Of a DNA stretch of 64,000 nucleotides, positions 36,700 through 48,400 are shown in pieces; within the stretch, counting starts at the first letter, position 1, and every line of letters starts with the position of its first letter. Source of the stretch: Antedon mediterranea (taxonomy: Eukaryota; Animalia; Echinodermata); NCBI RefSeq assembly GCF_964355755.1, contig NC_092675.1, positions 2,661,812-2,725,811 of the forward strand, given 5' to 3'. A program made the translations under genes and the position numbers. Below the pieces are notes generated by a model, which saw nothing but the letters and a program-made list of their open reading frames with translations, had not been told where the DNA came from and did no database searches.

Positions 36700-37860
36700 T
36701 TTAAATTCATATTCTTTATCCAAAACTAAATTGGTATAGTAAAACACAGTGCTAGCAATTTATCATATTATTAAATGTTTCATATTCTTTATCATTGTGT
36801 TTTACTCTAATAAAATTGGTATAGTAAAACACAGTGCTAAATTGCTATGTGAATGTCATTTATCATATTTTTAAATGTTTCCTATTCTTTATCATTGTGT
36901 TTAACTCTAACCAAATTGGTTATAGTAAAACACAGTGCTAAATTGCTATGTAAATGTAATTTATCATATTATTAAATGTTTCCTATTCTTTATCATTGTG
37001 TTTTACTCTAACCAAATTGGTTATAGTAAAACACAGTGATAAATTGCTATGTAAATGTAATTTATCATATTATTAAATGTTTCCTATTCTTTATCATTGT
37101 GTTTTACTCTAACCAAATTGGTTATAGTAAAACACAGTGATAAATTGCTATGTAAATGTAATTTATCATGTTATTAAATGTTTCCTATTCTTTATCGTTG
37201 AGTTTTACTCTAATCAAATTGGTTATAGTAAAACACAGTGCTAAATTGCTATGTAAATGTCATTTATCATATTATTAAATGTTTCCTATCCTTTATCATT
37301 GTGTTTTACTCTAACCAAATTGGTTATAGTAAAACATTGTGCTAAATTGCTATGTAAATGTTATATATCATATTATTAAATGTTTCCTATTCTTTATGAT
37401 TGTGTTTTACTCTAATCTGATTGGTTATAGTAAAACACAGTGCTAAATTGCTATGTGAATGTCATTTATCATGTTATTAAATGTTTCCTATTCTTTATCA
37501 TTGTGCTTTACTCTAACCAAATTAGTTATAGTAAAACACAGTGCTAAATTGCTATGTAAATGTCATTTATCATGTTATTAAATGTTTCTTATTCTTTATC
37601 ATTGTGTTTTACTCTAACCAAATTGGTTATAGTAAAACACAGTGCTAAATTGCTATGTAAATGTAATTTATCATATTATTAAATGTTTCCTATTCTTTAT
37701 CATTGTGTTTTACTCTAACCAAATTGGTTATAATTTATTTAATTTCATTTCAAAAGACATTTACCTAAATTTATATTTAAATGTCATTTATCAAATTATT
37801 AAATGTTTCCTAATATTTATCTGGTTATATAGTAAAACACTGTGCTAAATTGCTATTGTA
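36700..37860 (-). repeat. 101-bp tandem array, right (inverted) arm of element B (about 11 units)
   Basis: Reverse complement of the 28770-33400 unit. Confidence 0.93.
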
Positions 37861-37892
37861 TTAAGGACGAGTTCCGAGAAGATGTATTCAAA

Positions 37893-37950
37893 GCTACAAC
37901 CAATCAGAACAGTGTTAATCAATATAGTCCATGGCTACAACCAATCAGAA
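37893..37950 (+). promoter_or_regulatory. Tandem CCAAT (NF-Y-like) boxes inside element B, upstream of endophilin
   Basis: GCTACAACCAATCAGAA twice (CCAAT at 37900 and 37941). Confidence 0.5.
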
Positions 37951-38238
37951 ACGTCCAAATCGCAATAACCCCTAGGCTAATAGAAATTATTGGTCCGAGT
38001 AGCCTTTTCAACCAGACGTTGCGAGGTTTAAAAAGTAAAACATGATTTACTCGCCAGTTTGGTATAGTTTATATACCTGAATATACCTCGCAGAATAGAA
38101 GCAAGAAGGAGGTACCGTTTCATTAAAACACAACACAGTACGAATCGGATTTTTACGTTATTTTTTCAGGTCGAAATAAAGTTTGTTTATGCTGTAACAT
38201 TAACGTCATCGTTGTAGAAGAAACAAACAATAACCATC

Positions 38239-38283
38239 ATGTCTTTCTCTGGATTAAAAAAACAAATAAACAAGGCGAATCAG
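38239..38283 (+). CDS. SH3GL: Endophilin A coding exon 1 ([15 protein letters not shown], helix H0)
   Basis: ATG...CAG|gtaag, 45 nt. Confidence 0.92.
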
Positions 38284-41200
38284 GTAAGACCGTCTACTGC
38301 CTACCTAGTAGGCTAGTCCTATAGGCCTACTAGAGAACTTTGAAGAGGCCTAGCCTAGCTAGTAGGCCTAGCTAGCCAGGCTACCTAGGCCCTATAGACC
38401 CTAGTTGTAGGCCTACTAATCTATCTATTACTAACTAGGTCTACAGTAGGCTTAGTCTAGGCTAGGCTAAAACCATTTTCTAGGCCTTACTCTACTTTCT
38501 ACTACTACTATGCCTAGAGGGTAGGCTAGGCTAGAGTAGAATGCTAGCTCTAGGCTATCTATCTAGGCCTAGGGCTAGTCTTTTTCCGCTGCAACTGCTG
38601 GCTGGCCCTACTTTAGCTGATTTTTTATTAGTTTGTTATGAATATAAAGGATAATTGGTATAGAGAGTTTTGCAAAAAACATGTGAATATAGGCCTAGGC
38701 CTAATCTTGGATAAACAACAAAACAAAAGTTCATATTAATAAATTTGTTTTTCAGATCTGTCAATTGTGTAAATATAGCCATATTACAGTATAATATTTA
38801 ATTAGGCCTAAAAAAGCCTTGATAACTCTCTCATAAGTAGGTCATGTTTGCCTGGACCTGGTAATGGTATTTCCATAACAAATTGAAGGTAAAGAAAGAG
38901 ATTAAAATTTGTACTATTACAGTAATGAAATGATTAAAAGTTGTTTAATTAATTTTGGTGAAATTGATTTCTGATACATTCAGATATTCAGATTTTTATT
39001 CATTACATACTTTTGAAAAAAATTACAAATGCAATGGTATAAATAAGGAATACATAGTAAACATTGTAGTAATTTATTATATACTGTAGTGTGCATGGTA
39101 ATTATTAATAATATTTTCTTTCGTTTTGCATAATACATCTGTTTTATCAATATATGTGCGCTTGGAAATTCATTATGAAAAATGTATGATTCATTCAAAC
39201 TTAAGTTGGTATTTAGAGGTCATACATGAACAGTTGAAAATCTAGTAGTTGCTAAAAATATTGAAATGTTTATACTTTATAGTGGATTTTAAAAATATTG
39301 TATCCTTAATAGGCCTATGAATAGTGACTGATTGATTTAATGTTATTAAAATGAAATAATATCATAAACACAACAAAACAATAAACTGTTAGTTAGTGTG
39401 GGCAAAATAAATAAATATTTAATACTAGTGACACATTTAAAATGAATATAATAAAATCTAACTGATACACAATGATACAGATGTAAAATATATTAAAATC
39501 TGAAACTGTGAGTGTGAAGTACAGTACTGTAGTTTAATTGAACTGGTTACCATACTGTAGGCAAAACTAATATTTTTATTGATTTTAAATACAGTATATA
39601 CATAGTTGCTTCATCGTGTTTGTTTACGATGGTTACCTATAGAGAAAAATTAACTTTGCAGAGTTATGGAACAATTTACCTTCTGACATCGACAACTCTA
39701 TTTCAATAAAAACGTTTTCTTCCAAACTTAAGAAATACCTAAGTATTGCTAAGTATTGATCTCTTTTTTTTTTATTCCGGCAATTTTTACGAGTATCATT
39801 TGTCAGTACTTGGTCAGGATTTGATTAGGTGTCTTTCTGTTGATCGTGTTTTTTTTTCCTCCTTTTGCTGTCTTGTTATGTCCCTGTCCTTACGTCCTGT
39901 ATTTTAAATCCTATTTTCTTGAATTTTAGTTCGCTTTACCTGAGTCTGTAAATAGGCGGGCCCGCCACAAGATTTCTATCTTCTTGGGCACTGCCTACTT
40001 CCTCTTATTGATTAATGTATACTTTTTTTTAGCATCAATTGCCTTGTTATAAATTTTACTGGAATTTATTATGTTTACCTCATTTTCTTGAAGGAAGAAA
40101 TAAATTGAATTGAATTGAAAAATAAATACCAAATATCAATAATACAGTAATCACCAGTACGGTTGGTAAAGTTTCAACCTGACCACTTTTTTAAAGCGGC
40201 CTTTGACAACCCAGAGATTGTTCCTTTTCCTTGCCACCACACCACTTTATTTGGACCACTTTATTTGGACCACTTTATTTGGACCACTTTTATTCGCTAC
40301 ATCACCTTATGTATTCTAAAGTGTTGACTCAAAATGGTAACTTGTATTGTATACTGTAATAATAGAGCACCTTTTAATACTTTCTAATTGATTTCTTGAT
40401 TTCTTGATTTCTTTCTAATTGATATGTTACTAACCTTGATATACTAATTTCATAATATTACTCATGGCAACATTCGATGCTTGTGGTTTGAGTAGGAAGG
40501 AATAGATCGTTTAACTTCCCTAAATGGTTGTTCATTGACAATAGACTGGCAAGCCTTTATAATCACGGTATAAGAATCATATGTTTTAAACCAATATTTT
40601 CAATTTGTGGTCATCATGTCCGTCCATAAGATCTTGTTTATTAATATTACTTATGAATTTAAGTAATTTGTATGGTAATAAATATAGTAGATACTACTAA
40701 CCTAAAGTATGGTTTGTGGTATACCATGTAATTTTTTTTTCTTACACTGGGGATCTAGTTAAATTTGATTGGTTTGATTTGAATGTTTTGGTTAGTTAAA
40801 GTTCTGAAGTAAGCTTGCTTGGCAAAGTAAAGTTGAAGCAAATCACAAGCACAATTAAGCATCAGCCTCACTTTGCCAACTAACAGACATGTCAACTTTA
40901 CCAACTTCCTTGTTAGGAAATACATGGTGTTATACAAATCTTTACTTTACTATATAATCTACAGTATTATGCATACAGCTTCTATAGGGTCCAAACAAAC
41001 CCTCCTTTTTTCTGTACCCTTTTTTCAAAGTATAGATACAGTTAGTATAATATGGTAAAGTCCTAAAACTAGCCTACAGGAGTTGTAGGTTTTTGCATTT
41101 TGATAGAAAACAAACCACCTATTAACCCCCTTGTCAATGGCCTTGCTAATTGGTGTAGTAAAGATTAGATATGCTGTCAAGTTGAGTCAATTGGCACGGG

Positions 41201-44200
41201 TTCAAGGCTCTCCTTGACCATTTTTCTGATATGTAATTGTAAAACTAGAGTTCCAGTGTAAAGTACCTATACTATGGCTTGTGTACATGCACTGTACACT
41301 AGCTTACCCAGTGCATCTTTCCAAGGAGTTAGTGGTTACGGTACAATACCTCGGTTTCCCGGTCCATGTCTGTCGTTGTGAATTAACGAATGAGCGCTAA
41401 TTAATGGCAGATGTATGACATGAAGAATATTGTTGTGTACATCGTCCATACATGTACAGTGTAATTTAGCCAGGTTATTTCCTGTACATATAGGTTTAAT
41501 ACTTTTGTAAAACCAGAAATAATAAACCTTTCGACCGGATGATAGAATTTTATATGGCTAACTGTAATAATTATAGGCTACATATTCTTTAATAAATATA
41601 ATTATGATAGGGATGTTTTTACTAACTACTATTAGTACTATCTAGTAGTATTAGTACCTTTAAGTAAAGGTTTATGATGCATACCGTAAATCCACTTTGT
41701 GTTTACTTTCATCAAATATTGCACTGGTGAATGGTTCCCATTTACATGCTAATTTTATCTTTAAAGGAAGGATATTATCTGGTACAATATGATTGTTCTC
41801 AGATTCTATTGTAATATAGCCTCACATCACAATCACATCACTAGGTCAACAAGTTGAACGGCAGTGCTGCAGTAAACCAAGGATTACTGTACATATTTGT
41901 TACATTTTTATTATTTACGATATATTCAAAATGAAAATGTCTACTGTTTTTATTTTATTAAACTAAATTGCACATAAAAGCACAAGCCTGAATTGCATAT
42001 TAACACTATAAAACAAACAATTTATAGATAAAAATAAATGAAAAGAAATCCAACATTCTATTGATATAATATTGTTAATACTGATTATCAGTTGTTTGTA
42101 GTGTTTTTAAGTTATAACAGTAAATGTTTTAAATAAGCAATGAAACAATTTACCAAAAATAAAAATGAATGCACACTAACTGTTTTTTTAACAAGAAATA
42201 TGTTCTGGAATTCTGCACACATTGCTTGGCAGGCCTAATTCATTTAAAACAAATAGTTTTTTGATTTCTCAATATTATACTTATAGTGTCAATACAGTAT
42301 ACTTACTATTCTTTCAACGTCGAATTAATTTAATGCTTTTTGTCATAAATAGAGTACATTTTTAACTATTTAAATTAGTGAAATCCTATGGGAGAAGATG
42401 AGTACAAAATGATAAAGGAGATTCAGTGTTTATTGAAAAACAAAAACAAGACAAACTGCAAATTTACATTCCTCATTTGACAGAGTTTAATTGTATGATG
42501 ATAAACCCTGAGGATATTCAGTTGATATCATAATCTATTACTACACTGTAAACTATTGTTCTTCTGTCTTGTTTATTATGTCCTACATTTTTTTAGACCT
42601 ATCCATCCATTCATTGTATTATGATAATATACGTACCTGTATATTGGTATGGTTATTTCTGATACAGTAATATTACTCTACTCTAAGTATATAAATAAAA
42701 CTTTTTTTTTCCACAAAGGGCTTTTTTTTTTAAACATCATTATTAATATAAGCCAAGCTAGTTAAGGATATTTATTTTATCTTTACATAAGAAAGTTGTA
42801 AGGCTTCAGGAGAAGACTTAATACTATACTATTACCCACTTTTACAGACCAGTAATACTTTAGTTAGCATAAATCTATTTTTTGATTAATAAAATTATGA
42901 TTTTTTACCCATATTATATATATATATGCTGCTACCTCTTGACTGCGTTGAGTCTTCACAGATGACAGTGCCTTCTTGATTACTTTGTAGTACTACTGTA
43001 TGTTTTCTCCTTGTACACTAACTGTACCATTTAAAGTATTCTCACATTTTCTTCCTACCATACGTTGTTCTTTCAGTATATGAGTGAGAAGATTGGAGGA
43101 GCAGAAAAAACTAAAATGGATGAAGATTTTATTGAACTAGAAAAGGTTTGTTGAACAAATATTCGATAATTTCTTTAGATCTGTAAACCTATATGAAGGT
43201 GTGGCAGTTGGCTAATTACAAAAATCTTTTCCTTCCAATTTTCATGTTGTAAACAAAAAAAAACAGATATGGTGAGTGGTACTATAATCTATGAGTGTAA
43301 ACCCACAATATCCCTTTCCCCAAAAAGTGAAGGACAAATATGAACAAATTAATTTTCAGGGGAACACCCCTACCTGTCAATGGAACATTCTGCTATGGGG
43401 GAACATGCTAACATATCACCATCATCATTTCTTTTCATTCTGTTTCTGAGAACAGTATGGAGGAAAAATAACGGGAAAATGTATTACAGTAAATCAACAT
43501 TTTTCTATAGAGGAAGAACATAAAGTACTCTAAATGATTGGAAATTTATTAGAAGTGAAAGCAGATTATGTTCACATATTAGTTATGTTATTATTATTAA
43601 TAAAGGAAAATGTTTCTAGAATATAGTGCAACGTTTATAATAAAAACAAGCACCAAGATCGAGAGGATATACTGTGATTATAATACCAAACAGACATACA
43701 GTTGAAACAAGGTCAAAGGGCAGGAAATCTCCTGTCTAGATTAGAATTAACATGGGAATTATTATACAGTAATTGCCCGTATGAAAATTTCTATTATTTT
43801 TTTTTATTAAATGAGCAGAATTAAGAGAAATTGATGTAATGTAACATTTTCAATTAAAAATGTTTTTTTTTATAGAAAATTGAACAAACTGAAAGTGCCG
43901 TCGATGATCTAATGGCAAAAACATCTGATTTCCTTCAGCCTAATCCAGGTTTGACAATTAACAGCTTTTACACTGTTTCTTCATGGAAAAAAAACGTTTT
44001 AAAAGATGAATGTAGGCATTTTCGACTGGGTTGTTTTGAGCAGCCTATAATCTGATCCTCAATCTCCTCACTGTTCATGTGCAAGCATTGGGAGTAGATC
44101 ATTGCAAGGTGTTTGCGAGTGACCGGTCAAATATGCCTAGTGTCTTTATACCAAATATACCAAATATAAAATAAATTTTAAAGAATCTAAAAGAAACACA

Positions 44201-45386
44201 AATTGAACCTACAGAACCTGGACTGAAGGACGAACAAAGTTTCATAAAAACAATAAACTATAGAACTATGAAATAATTTATCTGTTTTTCTAATATCAAT
44301 GTACATGATTCAAATATTGACATCCAAAATTGAATCCTGACCCATAGAACAGGATTAGTATTGATGTGATTAGTGTTCGTTTACCCTTACTTTTTTTCGA
44401 TACACATTTAACAGCTGCCAGAATCAAACTTCAGATGAGAGCAAAGGGTAGCCGGTACCCTCAGGTTGAAACTGCTTTGGGAGAAACTATGATTAAGGGT
44501 GGAACAGAGCTAGGAGAAGATTCCTCATTCGGTAAGACACATAACCTTTCAAATATTGTCCTGAAAACAAATTATTTTGTTGAATAGGCCATTTTAATAT
44601 CACCAAATATTAAAGTAAAAAAAACAAATCATATCAGTGTCTGTGAAATGGTGGCTTGGTGTTGCTTGCCTACCAATCCCATAGTGCCTGGTTCAAATCC
44701 TGTCAGAGTTCCAGGATTTTTCTGATGCCCAATACAATGCCACAACCTAGGCCTCACTTTGTTTACAAAGCATAAAATTGGCGAGTCAGTATTTTCTTAC
44801 ATTTTAATTCTATTTTCATAAGATACATCATTATGTAATAACAGTAGAATGCACTTATGCTGGAGAAACTTAAATAAACCCAGAGGGTTTGTCCATCCAC
44901 ATGTTTTAATATTTAGAAGAATCATTGGTCAGAAGGTTTTTGACCATAATTACCTTCCATACTTATTTTCCAGGTCAAGCTCTTAATGATTGTGGTGAAG
45001 CCATGAAACAACTTGGAGATGTAAAAGACCATCTGGATTTGCAAGTTCGAACCAACTTCATAGATCCTCTTAACCACCTCAAAACCAAAGATCTTAAGGA
45101 AGTCAATGTATGAAAATTGTTTATCATTTAACTTGATAATGTGTGTTTCTTTCCTTTTTCATATCCATCCATCATGTTTCTTTATAATTTATTTATTTAT
45201 TGCTAATTATTTAACAATTGTTTGATTGTTGAATGTTTGCCCTACTTTGATATAATTTTACTTTATTGTTATACATTTAAGTGGTTAGTGGCCAAGCGGT
45301 TAAGACATTGGAACCGTAATACCTTGCCATATTAACATCGGTAAGGGTTGAGCCTCACTCGCTCCATGGTTCTGGTGGTAGAACGA

Positions 45387-45420
<34 letters not shown>

Positions 45421-48400
45421 AGTGTACACATCTGGCTCGTGTGCACTTTAAAGAACCCTTTCGAGACTTAATTGTTGATCGTGGGCCCCTGCACTGGATG
45501 CATTCTTGCTTTGGCATGATGGCAAAGAACGCCTAAAGAAAGCACACAAACACACACCTAACAGAGTATCTCGTTCCTAACGTACTATGTTACAGTGGTT
45601 ACGCCTGACTGATTCTTTTGTATTGCCTACTCTATGCCGGTGAAAAGTCCCGGTATGAGAAAAATTTCTGCCTCGTGCGTAGACGAGGCAACGATTTGCA
45701 ACGTATCAACAACAATTAACTAGTCTAACGGTATTTTTACCCTGTTAGATTAACAAAACAGGGCAAGGTTTTCCAACATATTAATCCTTATACAATGTAT
45801 AGTATATAAGAGATCAACTTAGCCTCGGCTAGCTTCTTAAGGTTCGTATTTTCTTCCTCGTTTGTGACGTATTGCAACGTTCTCAAACTTCGTGACTTGT
45901 CTTCGTGACAGTACCAAAAGAAATGATGACGGTAACACGTGGGAGTGGTCCCACAAGGGGGCGCTAGAGCGGACTGTACCATTCTTAATGAGGTGAATTC
46001 GGGTAAAATTCTTCTTTTCGTAATTGTTTCGCACTTCGTGGTAAAGGGCTATTGTCGGGTTTATTCAGGTAAGCAGGCACGTAATAGACTACCAACACCA
46101 TTTGTGGTTTGTGTATTTTGAGACGAGTAGGTAGTTACTCCGGTATACACACAGCCACTGTCACTCTTCAAGAGGACCCCTTGATTGTCAGCATACGCTG
46201 TTTAAGGTCACAATAAAAATAAAAGAAGAACATTTGCAAACAATTTGCAGGTAACAGTTGAACCTAAAACCTCCAGATCACTAGCATGGCATTCATACTT
46301 CTAAACCACTGAGCTTTCCCTGATGGCTAGGGTTAGATTTGAGCCCAACGAATGATAATTTTTACTTCTGATTTTAAACAAATTAACTTCGCTCCCTAAA
46401 GTAACAATGCAACTTTGCAATATGAAATTAATAATAATTAATTTTCAATAAAGAAAAAGACATTATTGAGAAAAAATTATTTTTTATTACAATGTTTTCC
46501 GCAATAAATCATCTATATTGTTCCATCCTATATACTGGAAAATTAGATTAGAATAAAAAAGAAACTACAATATTCAGCTCTACTGACTATAGTAATATCT
46601 ATCTGTTCATTCTCGCTATCTATAAGAATAACATCCTGACTCGGACCTAATTAAAGTATCTGTATATTCTCCCCAAAGACCAAACAGAGTTCACGTCGAT
46701 AGACCGAACTGTGATGTCATGTCTAGCGCAAAATTGACTTTCCTTGTTCTTAATCTAGGATATGAAAAGGATGACAATTATAAATAAATTTCCTTCTGTT
46801 ATTCGTGACTCATTGTGTAAACCTGTAGATTACATAATTATTGATAATATAGAATAGAAACATAGATTAAATTATATTATTATATAAATTAAATTGTTAG
46901 TAATAATTACATTTTTTTTTCTCTTTAATAACTGTGTCTTGGTTTTTGTTTTGTTCAAACACTTCAATTCAATTAATTTTGCTTTAACTGTATTTATAAT
47001 TAATAATAATTTGTTTGAATAAAAGTACTGATATATTATTCACCTCTGCCTGTAAAGTCTACACTATCAAACATGCCCATATATAGACATGATGATGTCA
47101 TATCACTACCATATTTGGCCGTATCACTTACCATATTTGGGCACATCATACTTTTTCAAACTATTTTTGTAGTGTAGACAGAGTTTTAGACAATCAGCTT
47201 GTAAAATATTTGTAAGAATTGCAAAAAATGTATTTTAAAGTTATTTATTTATGTAAAGATTATCCCAAAATGACAATGTAGATAATGATAATTTCTCTTA
47301 TTGAAAGTAATAATTCATGAATTTTTGACATTTTATAGTATCACCGAAAGAAAGTTGATTCCAGACGTCTGGACTTTGACTTTAAGAAAAAGAAACAAGC
47401 TAAAGGTATTATGAATAATCTTTTTTAAACTTTATCATCAACTGAAATTCTCTTTATGTACATTCTCAGAAAGTTCCATATATGTGGATATTCATAAATA
47501 TTTATTTAAAAAAAATTACTATATAAAATTACAAATGCAGCTTATAGTCCTTTATTCAATTGAGATACCATTTCCAAAAATCAGTTTCTATCCATTCCCT
47601 TAAATACCTGAATATTAATTATACTATAACAGTTATTCATGATCCTACTGTATTAGTTAAAGCTATGTTGCGCTTGCTACCTATAAAATCTTACGATTGA
47701 TATACAGTAATATAATAATGCCATCTTGTGGCCCCAAGTCAAATTAAACGATTCTCTTTTGTCACTTTGACAATTCCCAAGTTGAAATTAATAGCAAGAA
47801 TGATACCCACTTTTACATCACCTTTAATACCAAACTTGGGAGTTTGCACACACCGGGGTGTCAACTGTCAAACACTGGCATTTTATATGGTGCCCACTCT
47901 GATACGCGCATACTCCAGAGTTTTGCTAGGTGATATAAAATAAGTATTATCGTTCATTAATACATGCATTCGCTTAAGAATACGCATACTAAATTCTTTA
48001 TTCTCTGGGTTAGCAGGTGCTCAATTGATTGTCATTCTTTAACTGCTCTTTGCACTATGGTTCAGATTATACTAATCAATTGTTGTTCTATTATCATTAT
48101 AACCACTACTTGTACATCCTGTGTTGGTTCAGACAAGTAACAAATGTTGTTTATTTATGAATCACTGTACTACATTGAAATGTCATGTCAACATGATTTG
48201 AATTTGTCAGTCTTATTAAGTACCATCACTTGCCATTATAAGCGTTGAAACACCGGTTCTCATCAGATCACAGAAGTTTTAACTTAAAAGCATTGTTGGG
48301 CCTGGTTAGAGCTTGGATGGGAGACCATTTGGGAATACCGGGTGCTGTATCTGGGGTTTTGTTAGGCATTAGAAATCAGCACTCTTATGGAAGACCCTAA

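Larger units (their letters stand above)
28370..38079. mobile_element. Non-autonomous foldback DNA transposon B (9.7 kb), 7-bp TSD AATATAC
   Basis: AATATAC at 28363-28369 and 38080-38086; TIR core TACCAAAYTGGCGAGTAAATCATGTTTTACTTT; inverted 101-bp arrays; no transposase ORF. Confidence 0.9.
19506..38089. mobile_element. Outer foldback DNA transposon (element C), split by two insertions into its own TIRs; core 26685-28362
   Basis: After removing elements A and B, the left end reads GAGGTATATTCAGAGCGTCATTTCGACGATCGAGCATTCTCTAC and the right end (reverse complement) reads GAGGTATATTTAGAGGTCATTCTCTGACAATGGAGCATTCTCTAC. The inverted repeat continues for about 350 bp (26690-27045 vs 28020-28340) with about 100-bp units. 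No TSD found. Confidence 0.85.

Noticed and set aside
25691-37848. Short hydrophobic ORFs in the 101/106-bp arrays
   Set aside because: By-products of satellite units; no coding signature.
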